This document shows positions 1 through 13,989 of a stretch of 64,000 bases of DNA, piece after piece. How positions within the stretch are numbered: the stretch's first letter is position 1; each line of letters opens with the position of its first letter. Position numbers and translations under genes: made by a program. The notes below the pieces were generated by a model. The model was not told the DNA's origin. It saw only the letters and a list, made by a program, of their open reading frames with translations, and made no database searches. Origin of the DNA: Camelus ferus (lineage: Eukaryota); assembly GCF_009834535.1 (NCBI RefSeq), contig NC_045696.1, positions 2,172,001 through 2,236,000 on the forward strand, in the 5' to 3' direction.

Positions 1-766
1 TCTGTTGATCTTCATCTACACTTTTTTTGCTACTTCCACGGGGTCTAGATTACTGTAGCAACAGAGGAAGTCTGAAAACCAGGGACTCTTTTGTGTGTCT
101 CTTCAAAATTAGCCCGGCTCTCCCAGGTCCTTGAATTTTCATGTAAATTTTAGACTAAGTCTGTAACTTTCTACAAAAAGCCTTGCCAGGATTTTGATTG
201 TGACTGCACCGGATCTATGTATCAATTCCGGTAGATCGGCATTTTAAGAACATCGGGTCCTGCGGCGCATTCACAGAGCATCTCTCTCCGTTTACTTAGG
301 TCTTCGGTTTCTCTGGCACCATTTTGTTAGATTGATCCTCCCGACGTTCACACTTTTGATGCTATTATAAATGGTGTTTTATTACAGCTTTTATATGTTC
401 AGTGCTGGTGCACAGAAATAAAATCAGTTTGTTGTAATAACCTGGTGTCCCGTAACGTCACCAAACCCATCCATTGGTCTAGTAACTTTCTTGTGGGTTT
501 CTTAGCATTTCCCACATCGGCCAGCATGTCATCTGTGAATAAAGACAATTTTACTTCTTTTATTCCATGCTGTATGTCTCTTCTTTCTTTTCTTGCCTTA
601 CCTTTCGAGGACAATGTTGAGTGAGGTGAGAGCAGATGTCCTCTCCTGGCTCCCCGCCCGGAAGGACACCGTCGGTCTCTCCCCATCAGGCAGGACACTC
701 GCGACAGGCCTTCCACAGAGCCCTTTACTGGGCTGAGGGCGTCTTCTCTGTTCTGGACTGCTGCGG

Positions 767-797
<31 letters not shown>

Positions 798-3700
798 GGC
801 TTTGCTTTCGCTTTCTTTCTTTCCTTTTTACCACGAATGAATACTAAGTCCTTTCTTTTGTCTTTTCTGCACCACTGAGATGGTGATACGGTTTTTCTTT
901 TTCTGTCTGCCAGTAGAGTGAATTGTAACGACTGATTTAGAATGTTAAACCAACTTTGCATCCCATCCGGTATGACGCAGTATCCTTTTCACATGTCGCT
1001 GGCTTTGATTTGCAAAAATTTTCTAATTCCTGAAAGATTTTGCCTATGATGGATACTGGTCCACGGCCCTTGTTTGGTTTTGGTGCCAGGGGGACGCTGG
1101 CCTCACCGAGTGAGCTAAGACGCGTTCCCTCCTCTCCCAACTCCCGGGGGACTTTGCAGAGAATCCGGGCTGCTTCTTCCTTGAATGTTCGGTAGAATTC
1201 ATCAGTGACGTCAGCCGGGCCAAGAGTGCTCTCCGTTGGAAGGTTTTATATACAAATTGAATTTAGGGGACAGGGTTACTTGGGTTGTCTACTTTGACTT
1301 GAGTGAGTTTTAGTGATTTGTTTTGTTCCAGGAATCTGCCCCTTTCGTCCATGTGGCAAACATTTCTCAGCATCGAGTGCTTCATGATACTCCCTGACCA
1401 CCATTGTAGCACCTGTAGGGCTCGTAGCGATGCCTCCTCTCTCATCTGATTGTGGTACTTCCTCTTCTCTCCCTCTTTTTTCTGATCAGTCCAACTAGGG
1501 GTTTATCAATTTTAATGATTCTTTCACAGAAACAGCTTTCGGTGTCATTGATTTTTCTTCTTTTGTTCATTTTCTATTTCATTGATTTCTGCTCTTTGCT
1601 CTTTATTTTTTCTTAAGGTTGAAGTTTGAATCATTGATTTGAGGCCTGTTTTATGTTCTGATATAATAATGCTACTCATTTCTAAGCACTGCTTTTACTC
1701 GCGTTCCACAAAACCTGCTGCGTTGTTGTAATTCTCAGTCAGTTCAAAACGCTGTCCAGTCTCCCTCGTGATTCTCCCTCTGGGTTATTTAGAAGTGTGT
1801 TCATTTAGTTTTCAAATATTTGGGGGGGGGGTCCAGATATCTTTTAATTACTGATTTCTAGTTTAATTCTCTGTTGGTCAGAGAAATCTTTGTAAGGTTT
1901 CAGTCCTTTTTCATTTATCAAGATTTGTTAATAAAAAATGTTAAAAAAAAAAAAAAAAAGATTTGCTTTTCGGCCCAAATTTGGTCCACCTTGGTGAAAG
2001 GTCCACGTACATGCAAAGAGTACGCATTCTGCTGTTTGGACGGGGTGCTCCATGGATTGGTGGTGCTATTCAAGCCTTCCACATCTTTACTGATTTCCTC
2101 TCGATTATTGAAAGAGGAGTGTCGAAATATCCAGCTACAGTGGTGGGTTCACCTAACTCCCCTTTCAGTCCTGTCAGTTTTCGCTCTGTGTATCTTGAAG
2201 CTCTCATTAGGCGCGTACTCACTCAGTGCTACGTTCTCTGGATGAACGGAGCCCTCTGATCACCATGAGGTACCGCTCTCATCCCTGGTAACATTTCCTG
2301 TCCTGAAATCTGCCTTGTCCCATACTCATCTATCTACTTGGATTACCCTTTGACTCATATTTGCAATCAATGGTATCTATTTTTCTAACCTTTTACTTTT
2401 AACCTATCTGTGTCTTTATATTTAATGTGGAAAGCACTTTTACCTAATGTTTTTTTAATCTGATCTGATACTCTGACACAATGCCTTTTATTTGGAGTTT
2501 TCAGGCCATCCACAATTTGATGTGATCATTGACATGGCTGGGATTAAATCTATCCTCTTTCTACCTGTCCTATCTGGGTTTGCAAAGTCAGGGATGATTA
2601 ATTTTTTCAGCTTCCGAATATCTGAAGAAGTCTTTATTTTGCCTTCACTTTGGAAAGGGATTCTGTGGCTGTGGGACTGCAGGCTGCATTTTAAAGATGC
2701 CCCTCCACCGTCTTTGGCTGCAGAGCTCCTGGTAAGAAGTCCGCTGAGATTTCACCTTGGTTTTCTCTGAACACTGTAGGTTTTTGCCTCTGACTGCTTT
2801 TAAGATCTTCTGCTATTAAGATTTCCAGAAATTTGATTATGATTGGTTTGTTTTCTTTATATTTCTTCTGCTTAGGATTGATTGATCTTGAAAAATAAGT
2901 TTTCATCAAATTTGCAAAAATCTTACCCATTATTTCTTTCAAACATTTTCCACCACACACGCCTTTTTCTGGAATCCACGTTCATACCTGTTATTTCTCT
3001 TCTCGTGGTGCGCTGGTGCCATTCCTTTTTCCCTGTCTTTTTCCTGTGTTTCATGTTAGAAAGTTCCCAGTGCTGGATGTTCAAGAACCCTGACCCCGCC
3101 TCTGCAGCGTGGGACCTGCTGTGACCCCGCCCAGTATGTCTTCCTCTTCAGGAGACTCGGGTCTTTTTTATAGCCTCCATTTGCCCATCTTGTTCGTATT
3201 TTCTCTGTGACATTGAACACACGCAGCACATTTATAACACACATTTTAACATCCTTTTCTGCCAATTCTATCATCTGGGAGGTTGTGGATCCACCCAGAT
3301 CTGTTTCTGATAACTGACTTTTCTCATCTTCTGGGTTACGCTTCTCCACTCGTGTGTATGCCGAGTGCTGCTTGCTTGGTTCCGGGACACTGTGAACACG
3401 ATGTGTTGAAGGCCCGGCTTTGCTGCAGCCCCTCAAACGCTGTCAGGCTCTTTTCAGGGGTGCAGTTACCTTACTCAGAGTGGTCTGACCCTTTCAAGGC
3501 TTGTTTCAAGCTTTGTTTAGGTGAGTCCTGGGGGGGGCTTGTGTTGAGGGCTATGGGGACCCTAGCCGATGCCCTTTGAATTGGGACTCCTTCCACCTGG
3601 CGGGTGAGAACACTAACTTCCTTGCAGCCCTGTGTGAACTAAGGGACTTGTTCACCTCCTCCTTTCGAGGCTCTCCCAACCTTGGTGGGATTCCCACACA

Positions 3701-4050
3701 CGTGCGCGGATCAACACGCAGCCTCAGCCTGGGGCCCCTCGGCTCCCCAGAGCATTTTATTCATGCAGTCCTAGCCTCTCCAGTACTCCTGTCCACTGAT
3801 TCTAGCCCAACGTGGTCTGCCCCGCCGCCCTGTGCTCCGCGGATGCTGCCGGTGCTAAGCTGGAGGGCGGCCCCCCACTCCTGCCCTGTCAGGGGTCACC
3901 GCCCCGGGCTCCTGTTGTGCACTGTTTGAAGTCTGCAGCTTCACGTACTTTGGTTTGGTTTTCCCATGTTTCAGTTGGGGGTGAAATCCAGTCCCTGTCA
4001 TCCCATCACGGTTAGCAGTGGATGCTAGAATCATGCACCCCATTTCCCAC
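1..4050 (-). mobile_element. Old decayed L1 (L1M-type): ORF2 RT/EN region, ORF1 and part of the 5' region
   Basis: Minus frames give L1 RT-like EVKLSLFTDDML (ORF 399-716) and ORF1-like ENKPIIIKFLE..EDLKSSQRQK and MIELAEKDVKMCVINVL. The plus strand is T-rich, as expected for antisense L1. Confidence 0.85.
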
Positions 4051-4489
4051 TCAGCCAGGGCAGCTCCCCTAACAGATCTGACGGCTGCACCTTATCTGAG
4101 AAGCACTGGGCAGCACCTCGAGACAGAGGCTGGGGCTGCACGGAAGGGGTGATGCCTGCGAATTCTCAACAGGTGTCCAGCGACCCTCCTGCACACTGTT
4201 AGGTATTGGGGGCAGGGGCAGCACAGGACAGGAGGGCGCATCTCAGAAGCACAGCAGCGTTTAGCTCGCCCCCGTCCCCCCTTCTCAGTCTGTGTCTGTT
4301 CCCGAGACGCTGAGCACGCCGAGGGCATCGCTGGCGCTCAGGCAGGGGCGGCTCTGACGCACCCGAGCTCCTTCTACGCCCTGGGACAAGCCCCTCTCGG
4401 ATGTGCAATTTTTTTACTCCCATCCTGTGTGTTGTCTTTTCACTTTCTGGATGGTGTCCTTTGAAGTACAGAGGTTTTTAAGTTTGATC

Positions 4490-6660
4490 TCAAAGCCAGA
4501 AAAAAAAGCAGATTATCTTCAAAGGAGAGTCAGCCTGGCAAGGACCTGTTAGCAGACGAAGGACGTCAAAGGCCAGTGCATGACGTCGTCAATGTGCTAA
4601 AAGAACTCAGCAGCCAGCCCAGATTCTACAGCCCCCAATGCATCTCTGAAGGAGCAAGTAAAACTCAACAGAAGGGGGAAGGGGAGAGCTTGCCACCAGC
4701 AGAATCGAACTAAAGGGACGTCTCACACGTGCACTTCAAGCCAGAAGAAATGACCTCGGATGGAAAGTCAGAGATGCAAAAAGAATGAGGAGCAAAGAAA
4801 GTGGCAGGTCCATCTACAAATCTAAAAAAAGCAATACTGTGGGTTATTAAGCAACACTGAGGGCGCAGCAACGAAGGCTCGTGGGGTGAAAAATCAGGCC
4901 CCCAGCAAGCCGCGGGGGGGGGGGGGTCAGGGGTGTTGTCGGGCCCTCGGCACCCTGAGGAGTAAAGTACTAGGTGATCTCAGATTTCTGACAAGTAAGA
5001 ATGTTGTAATTTCTGGGAAAACCATCAGAAAAACAGTAAGAGTCTATAACTTCCTAATTGTAGAAAAAATGGTCCAAAAAATGAAAGAATCAATAATTAA
5101 CTTGAAAAAAACAAGAAAGGAGAAAGAAAGAAAAAAATACAGCACAGATAACAAAACATAAGACAGCAGATTTAAACAAATCCATCTGTAATCACATTTA
5201 AAGTAAACCAAATGAAAACTCCTGTTAAAAGTTTTTAATTGTCAGACTTAAAAAGATTAACCAAACTTCAATTAAAAAAATACTTTAATCATAGGCTGTG
5301 CACAAGCTACATCTAAGATATAAAGATACAAAAGGGTAAAAATAAAACAGAAGGAGGATACAAGGCAGTTATTTCCCAAAGGTTCAGCTACGTGAACTTC
5401 TGACGGAGCCGACTGTGGGCAGAAACCCCCCCAGGAGACAGATGCCTTCACGTGACAGACACGTCGTTCACAAAGGAGATACAGCAATTGTAAACCTGTG
5501 CCACTGGTAACGCAGCCCCAAACACATAAAGCAAAACTTGACAGAAACGCACAACTGAACAGGCAGATCCACCGTGATAGCTGGGGATTCTAACAGACCT
5601 CGCTCAGTAGTCGATAAAGCAGGTAGACATGAGAAACCAATGAGGATGCAAGAGTTGGAGACGTTTTCTGGAAAGGGCCAGAGAGCAAATATTTTGAGTT
5701 CTTCAGGTGGTCTCTGTTGAAACAACTTAGCCAGTCATACTGCGAAACAGCCACAGACAATACATAAACCAACGGGTGTGGCTGGGATCTCATTAAACTT
5801 TATTTCTAGAAACGGGTGGTGGGCCAGATTTGGCCCATGGGCTGCAGTTTGCCAATTCCTGATACTGAAGGTTTACACAAAGCGATTAATAAACTTAGTG
5901 AGCTCACCAAAAACTAACCCCACCAACTGCAGAACACAGTCTTTCCAAAGAAGCACAGAGTACTTCCAAAATCTGACCACATGCTGGGCCACAGAGCGAG
6001 TCTCAACAAATGCCAAAACACAGGCACCAATCAGAGCATATTCTCTGACCAAAACGCACGGACACTTAAAGAAAGGCCACAAAAAGATATTTGGAAAAGT
6101 CCTCATATGCTTAGAAATTCAAAACAGTTATCAACAATCAAAAATAAATCAATTCGGAATTAGAAAATCTATTGAACGGAACAGTAACAAGAAGACGTAA
6201 CATCACGTCCCTGAGGCCGCGGCTAAGGGTCACGCTGAAGTGTGTGCTAGAAAACGTCAGAAGGCTGAGAGCGAAAAACGAAAAACATAAGTTAGAAAGA
6301 CAAAAGAGAGGAAGGAAATAATTTAGAAAACAGAAACTGATGAAATAAAAAACAGAGAAAGCCACGAAGGTGGTCGTTTGAAAGAATCAGTGAAACTGGC
6401 AGTTTCAGCCAGAGGACCAACATGGAGAGAGGCGTCACGGATGGCGTCCAGAGAGAGGAGAGGGCGCAGCCAGACGCTGCGGATTTGTCTAAACAAGAGG
6501 GAACTGTGAACAGCTTAGAGTAATACGCTTGAAAGTGTTAGCTCAGGGCAAGTTCCTAGGAAGAATAACTGACAAAACCTTAAGAAGATGCAGAAAGCCC
6601 AGTGAACACTGCAGCCCTTAAACAGCTGAAGCAGAGGTCACCACAAACCCAGGCCCTCCA
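4490..6660 (+). mobile_element. Old decayed L1 (ORF1 end, spacer, ORF2 endonuclease region)
   Basis: A-rich strand with EN-like remnants (MLGHRASLNKCQN...QSIFSDQN). Interrupted by MER58. Confidence 0.8.
5649..5861. mobile_element. MER58A-like hAT-Charlie DNA transposon inserted in L1
   Basis: Typical body (aagggccagagagcaaatatttt...gggccagatttggcccatgggctgcagtttgccaattcctg). Confidence 0.75.
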
Positions 6661-8534
6661 CCGTGGCCCCTCACCTGGGAGCGCCCCCCTCGCAGGCCCC
6701 TGGCACCTCCGGGCCTGCCTGGCCGGAGCCGGGCCCTCAGACCTGCAGGACAGGAGACATCGTCTCCCTCCTCAGAAGGAGAGGAGAAATTTACCTGAGC
6801 GTTGTTTGTTCAAGAACCAAGGAAGGGCTGGGAGAGCCGGTGTGCATCTGGGTGGAGGGCTGACAGCAGGCGTGAAGAGAGTATCTGACACCCCGGAGCT
6901 TCTGCGCTGGTCCCAGCCCCACCCTGCAGGGAACCTGAAGGGAGGCAGCCACCACACCGCTGTGGGCCCAGGGGACACTGACCGTCCAGACCCACAGTCC
7001 TGCTGCCACGCCCGGTCACAGGCCCAAGGCAACCCCTGTTCTTCAGGAAGACCAGTGTTTCCCGACAAAGGGCGAAGACTCTGCTTTGAAGAAAACAGAG
7101 GGCATTGCTGTTAACGGATTGTCAAGGGTCGGAGGAGAAGGGAGCAGACAGGGTCACAGCGCACAAGGAGCCACGCCGCCAACACAGGCCGCCCCACCTT
7201 GGCTGTCCCAGCCCAGCCCCAGCCGCACGCGGCCTGCCGCCCGGTCCAGGGTGGCCGCCCTGACTGCACGGTCCACGCAGGCCGGCCGAGGGTCAGGGAG
7301 GGGCTGCCTGGTGGCTCCGCTGAGAGACTGTGGGAAATACGGACGGAACGAGAGACTCCCGTTCTACATGTTGTTCGTCTTACACGAATGAGTTGAGTAT
7401 GAAAAGCTGATTTACTGAAAGAGGCATCTCCTGCGTCACCCGCTTGCAGTCAAGTGTCCTCATGACACACGTGGTGGGGGCTGCACGTGGGCCCCCCAAC
7501 CCCAAGACTATTCTGGGACATCCATGACCTGGTGACAGTAAGGACCAGCTGGTCAAGGGTGTCCCTTTGGGAGACAGACACCCAGGCCCGCGGCAGAGAG
7601 GTCCCAACACGGGACCTCAAGCTCCCCGGGGCTGCTGAGCCAGGACCATGGCCGACTCTCCAGGACCAGCGGCTGAGCAGGAGGAGCAGCTGCCCTGGGC
7701 TGATGGCCTTCCTGTCCCGGGGCCAGAGTGGCCTGGGGAGCCCAGAGCTGTGGCCACCTCGCTCTGGGCCATGTGCGCCCTCCCCAGAGACCCAATCCAT
7801 GCAGGTTGGCCTCCAGGGGGCCCCTGAGCCCAGGCCCAGAATCGCCACCCAGAGGGGACAAGAGGGAACCCCGCTGTGTCATTTTCCCAACTGCCTGGTC
7901 ACCTCTTCCCCAACACTTCCACGTGCAAAACGCTCCCAGCCAAGGAAGGCGGCTGCTCCTCCGGTCGTGGTGCCTCCGGGGAACCCACATGGGCCGCAAG
8001 ACAAGGACAAACGGAGGCCCCAGGGCCCCGAGGACAGATGACGGCAGTGGGGCTGGGCCACATCGAGGGCCCGAGGGCCGGTGAGTCTCCCAGACCTTCC
8101 CACTCGCTGCACAGGAACTTCTGTGTCACTGGGGGCTGGTGTCTGCAGCACAGCTGGTAGTTCTGAAGGGTGGGTCCCACCCGGGTGGGTCCCACCCTGC
8201 GTCTCACTGGGCTCCTGCTCTCAGAGCTCAGAGCCTGACCCCACTCAGAGCAAACACAGCAGAGCCCTGTCATCACACACAATGACCGGTCCAGGAAAGC
8301 AGGTGCCTGCCAGACACGACCGGGAGACGTCCCCAGCCTGTCTCCCCCAACCCCCACCACGCCACGCCCACCAGGGCCCGGGGTTCCCACACGCAGAGCA
8401 TGTCCAGATTGTAGCACACATCCTTTTGAAATTCTGGCGGTGGACAAGCACTGAAACCCATTTCCACACAGTAAAGAAGACATTCCCAAATAGCCCATTA
8501 CTGATAATTAACGTCCAAGGGACACACGACAGGG

Positions 8535-8720
8535 CCTAGAGTGCAACCTTAAATCCCCCAGCAGCAGCGCACAAAGAAGCAAGCAAACGCAACTTGGTAC
8601 TACATTTTATCCCACCCAATGCATCCAACATATTATTTCAACGTGTATTCATATAAAAGAACATCAGGGAGACATTTTACTTTTTTCCCCACATTGTGAA
8701 ATCAGTGTGCAACCCACCCC
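8535..8720. mobile_element. MER33/MER3-like hAT fragment
   Basis: Motifs atccaacatattatttcaacgtgta and gagacattttactttttt...gaaatcagtgtg. Confidence 0.5.
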
Positions 8721-10599
8721 GACAACTCCTGACCACTGCTCCCCCCAACCCCGCGTCTCTGTCTCCCTGGCCCCCTACCTCCCAGCTGGGAAGGATCTGC
8801 TCTGCAATCACCCCCCCACCTCTAACAAACCTCTCCTGCTGAGCACGGTTGACAGACACCCCGCTACGTGTCACGTGGGTCGAACCAGACGCAACACCAG
8901 GGAAAGCGCGTCAGAAACGTCCAGGCGTCACTGCCTGCTCCCCCGGCGTCGGCGCGGGTGCGGGGGTCGCTGCTGCCGTCGACCTACGTGCCTGTTCTTA
9001 TTTTTGGTGGATGTGTGTGTAAATAAATAGAGTAAGTGGCAAAAGTCACCGTTTTACATAAAACCGCCCTCCCGTAAGTGTGGTTGCATATTTTGACATT
9101 TATTTTCAAAAGGCCACAGGTGTCTATGTGACACCCACACGCACACTAATAAAACTGCTGAGGAGGCGCGATTGTCCTCTGAGCCCAGCAGAGACCCTGA
9201 CCGCACAGCGGGGCAGGCCCGCTTCGGCCCGCGTCACCGAAAGCCTGACGCTGAGCTCGGCTTCTCCCAGGGGCGCACAAACGCAGCCTCACATCCCTGG
9301 GGAGAAGCCTCAGAGCCGCTCAGGGACGGATGGACCGGGCGCCTGCCCTGCTCCCGCTCCACGGCCCTGCAGGTGCCTCCCCGGGAGCTCGGGCCAACGG
9401 CTCTGCTGCCCTCGGGCCGGCGGTTCCGGGGAAGAGACGCTCTTCCCAGAAGTGCTGAGCCAGGAGACGATTCAGCAGCAAGGGAGCGTGAAGCTGGCCT
9501 AGGCCCGCGCTGACCGCGGGGACAGCCAGGCACCCAGCGTGGCCCGGCAAGGGAAACCCGCCTCTCCTGGACACGGCCGAGTCCCCTGCCACGTGCTTCT
9601 GCAGAACAGAGAGTGACACGGATGGACAGAACCCACCACTGTCTGCTCTGCACCCGAGGGGAGGCATCAGAGGAGAGGCGGCTGGGACCCTTGTCAGCTG
9701 CCCGAGGACAAGGTGGCCAGTTTGGGGACAGGCAGGGCAGAGCTCAGCCCGTGTCTGTTCCTGCTTGCCCTCCGAGCCGTCACCCCTGGGCAGCCCCCAG
9801 GCCTGGCCACTCACCCCATGAGCAGCACCCCCGCCTTACGAAGCCCCTTCACACGTGATGCTTTCTGACCCTCGCTAACTCCTGGGGGAGATGCCCCAGT
9901 GGTCCATCCCACACCCCCACAGAGGAAAGGCCAGTCACCGCCACCTACGGGCGCCGCTGGCCTTCACAGACGGGGGCCAGCATCGGTTAGGTGCCTGTGA
10001 ATTTCACACACTCGCAGCACGTTACATCCCAGAACTGGAAAGTGAAGCAGAAACGAGGAAACTGTTAGGCACCCAGAGTGGGGTGTTCGTTCAGTCGCTC
10101 CTGGTGGGGGCGCAGGCGCGGTCTTGTCCTGGGGAGAGTCGGCCACGTGCCGGTCAAGCCCCCGGTGAGCTGAGCCTGTGCCCAGCGGCCGCAGGCAGGC
10201 CTCGCCCTCACCGGCTCCCAGGCAGGGAGGCAGCCTCAGTACACACAGGGAGTCAGGGCAGCGCTCAGGGCAGGGCTGGGGAGGAGGGCGAGGGTCAGCT
10301 GTGGGATGGGCCTGATGGAAGTGGGCCGTGAAGAAGGTCCGCAGACGTGGTCCACACGTGTGCGCGTGTGCATGTGCATGTGTGCTTGTGTGATCGTACG
10401 GGGCGCGTGTGCCCAAGGGGCAGACTTGCGGTGGGGGAGGCCTCCAGCCTCGTGACAGCAGGCTGCAGGTCGAGCACAAACTCCCCAGGCCAAGGTCCGA
10501 GGTGCAGCGCGACTCAGTGGAGAACCCGAGGCCAGTGTAGGGGGCACCAAGGAAGAGGAGGTGGCCTCAGCAGGCATCACCACGGGGCCCGGGGGCAGG

Positions 10600-12330
10600 G
10601 GAGTGACAGGGACAGGTCGGGGGCTACTGAGACGCAACCTGGACACACAGTAGGGAGTGAATCAGATGGGAACAGAACCACAGGCATGAGGACTTGGCGG
10701 GTGCAGGAGAGTAACAACAAGCTTTTAAATCCTCGGGAATTGAACAGTGTCATTACTGCACACCAAGATACACAAAGCACAGGACGGCAGGATGGAAATC
10801 AGGAAGGAATGTTGCAGCCTTAAATGCTTATGATAGAAATGAAGTCTGAAAATTAAGAAATTATACTTAGAAAAAGTAAAAAAGAAGTTACACTTTCAGC
10901 TCAATAACCTATAAAGAGAACACCAGAAAAAAACCCAAGAAGCGGGGAAAGAAACGCTGACAACAAAAGGAAAAGTTAACGACACAGGAAACAGAAGTAC
11001 GAGGGGTGGATCTACGAAGCTCCGTGTGCACAGCAGTGAGCCCGTGAAGCCCTGCCGAGGTGAATCAACAGAAAAGAAAAGCAAAACCAAGACCGGGAGT
11101 GGGAGGCGAGCCTGATGTCAGCTGCGGCGGAGGTTTAAAAATTGGGAGATTATGACCTCTGTAGCAAGGCACTGACAGCTTTACTGACATGGATACGGGG
11201 CGGAGAGCTCTCAGATGGCCCCATGGGTCACATCCTTGTGAGACCTGCACCCTTGAGGTGGGGCTAGACCTGGTCACTGGCTCCCAACAAAAAGTACCAC
11301 AAAAGCAGGGGGGCTGCCCCCGAGACGAGGTTTACAAGCTCTTGGTCCTGGTCTTGCTGGCGAGCTCGCTCCCCTCTCCCCTCCCCGCTCTCTCCCCACC
11401 ACCTCACTCTGACGGACAAGTCGCCAGGCTGCGGGGACCCTCAGGACACCCACTGGCAAGGACCTGAGTCCTGACAACAACCCCATGAGTGAACTTGAAG
11501 AGGGACCCTGCCCTGCTGAGCTTTCAGATAAGGCCACAGCCCCCGGCAGCACCTCCATCCCAGCCCGTGAGGGGCCCTGAGCCGGGGGACACAGCGAGGC
11601 TGCTGGGTTGCTGGACCACAGACGCGAGAGCTGGTAGCTGTTGTTGTCTAAAGCCAGCAAGTGCAGAGGTCATTTGTTACACAGCAACAGATAACCGATG
11701 CATATCACCACTAGAAAAATAATGCCAAATCTTACGCAAAAAGGATTGGAAAAGCTGAACAAACCTGCAACTATTAAAGTGATGGACCAGGACGAGAAAA
11801 TCTATCTGCATGAAAGCCAGGCCCAGACCAAGAAGCTGCGAAAGAAACACACAACCTCGGTTTCACACGTGCTCCTTGGACAACAGCGACGGTGGCAGCG
11901 CCGCCCACTCGCGGTGAGACCAGCGCGAGCCAGCACCAAACCCAGACGGGGACAGCACAGTGACGGACAACTGTAAGGCGCGTGCACTTCCGGACACAGG
12001 TGCGAAAAATGCTAAGCAAAGTACTGACAAACCAAACACAGTAATGCAACAAAGAGTGATGTGTCATGGCCAAGACGGGACGGTTCCTGAGAAGCAAGGA
12101 AATCTGCTCAGTACTTCACAAACTAACCATTAAAGGGAGAAAATCTTACGGGGTCAGCTTAACACACGCAGAAAAAGTCTTTGATAAAACAACTTTTTCA
12201 GTAAAATATTCATATAAACAAGGGAACCTTCTCAAGCTGAAAGGGGGATCTACAGAAAACTACGCGTTCTCTTTCTTGTAAACATCACGGGTTTAAACGG
12301 GTAACTCAATCCAAGACGCATCAACACGCT
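10600..12330 (+). mobile_element. Decayed L1M fragments (ORF1 and ORF2) split by an MLT1
   Basis: A-rich L1-like text; remnant frame ...KSYGVSLTHAEKVFDK resembles L1 ORF2 IISIDAEKAFDK. Confidence 0.65.
11160..11702 (+). mobile_element. MLT1 (E/F/G-like) MaLR LTR
   Basis: Characteristic 3' end tgttgtctaaagccagcaagt...atttgttacacagcaacagataaccgatgca. Confidence 0.75.
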
Positions 12331-13989
12331 GTGACCCCGCCCTGCTGCACCGTCCCAGCCCTTGGGAGAAGTGACTGCTTATCCCCTGGGTCTCCCCCGG
12401 GGGTGGTCTCACCTCTCCCCCATTCCACACACAGGGCTCCAAGCCCTGCCCTCTGCCCTGGGTCCCCTGTAGGCAGGAGGGCGGCCTCATCCTCAAGGTG
12501 CACAGCGTCCAGGTCTGTGGGCACCTCCTGCTCCTCCGGCCAGGGCCCCGAGACAGGCCCCCGAGTCACCAGCGCTGAGACGCACAGCCCTGCCTAGGTC
12601 GCCTCACACCTGTAAAGGGCCCCAGGCGTGCGGCTGCCCAGCCAGCCCAAGGATAGAAGCCCTGGGGCCGCGGAGCGGTGAAGCCCCCCCCCGCCCCTCC
12701 TCCAGAGCCTCCTGGGCAGAGCGTGCCCAGCTCAGGGATGTGGAATGGCTGGGTTTGAGGAACGACAGCCCCTCCCCTTTCTTCCCAGCTGTGCCGACAA
12801 TGTTAGGGCTCCCCAGTTCACTCCGAAACACACCAACTGCCATGCAGGGTCTGTCTACTTTGGTCCCCAGCCACAGAACCTGGCAACGGGCCCTCCTCTC
12901 TCCACCTCCCTCCAGTCCCTCCACTCTCACACCAGCCGTCTCTTGGGACAGTGCTTGTCACCGCCCAGCTGACCCCACCTGGGGGTAACCGGCCCCGACT
13001 CCCCTGTCATTGTGTAGCGGGCGGCAGCCTGTCCTTCAGACGCCTCCCAGAAGGGCTTCTACAAACGCGGCCCCTGAGCTCCATGCGCCCCAGAAGGGCA
13101 GCGTAGGGACACAGTCTGTGGCCCATTTTCTTTCCTGAGTCCCTCTCGTGTCTAACTGGGCACTGGTTGCTCTCCCGAAGAGTCGCCGGCCACCTGCTTT
13201 TCTCTCCTTGAAGGTGGCCATCTCTTGGCCCCTGGGGAGGCTGAACCTGGGCCTCCCATATTTGCCAGGAGAGGCCCCTGTGGCCCCGCCCGGGTCAAGG
13301 TCAGCTTACACATCCACCCCCACAGACACACCCGTGTCACCAACACCTGGATGGAGAGAGAAAACGTTTCCAGTGCCCCTACAAGCCCAGTGTCCCCGCC
13401 CAGCCGCCCAGCCTGCTGACAGCCGCACCCTGGATGCCAGTGGCACAGACACCTGGCCACGTGAACAGAATCCAGGGCGAGCACCCAGGGCCGCACTCCC
13501 TGCTCAGCCCGCAGGCCGGATTCATGCACATTCACCTCGGGTTGGAGCCACTTCCCGCTGTGTGAGCTATTTCTCCTTTTGTTTGGAGCGTTTGCAGGGT
13601 CTGCCGTTGTTAGGTGTGCTGCTGTGGGCGTTCGGCCCAGCCCGGGGGCGCCCAGACGTCCGGGGGAGCACACACGAGGAGCACCCAGGTGTGAAAGTCC
13701 TTTGCAGACACGGCCGGCAAGTCTCTAATGCACACCTGTTCACGCTTACACCAGCACTCTGCTTGCGCACGTCTGAGCACCCCCGGGGCCCCAGCAGCCT
13801 CTTTGCATCGTGGCCGCGCTCCCTGTGCCCTCACAGGCCGGCCGGCCTCTCACTGTGCTCTTATTTCTGCATCTCCCTGGTGACCGGTGAAGGTAAGTCT
13901 TTCAGCTCTTCATCTCTATCTTCTCTGTTTGTTTGCTCCCCTGTTCCCAGGGGAAGGCGGAGGCTTCAGAGCCGGGCAGCCTCGGTGTC

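Noticed and set aside
598..961. Poly-Lys / poly-Phe ORFs
   Set aside because: Translation of a ~30-nt poly(T) tract (768-797) inside a decayed L1.
9816..9882. Possible small minus-strand exon (cag|GAG...GGG|GTGAGT)
   Set aside because: Weak polypyrimidine tract and no match to anything I recognise; cannot be supported without RNA data.
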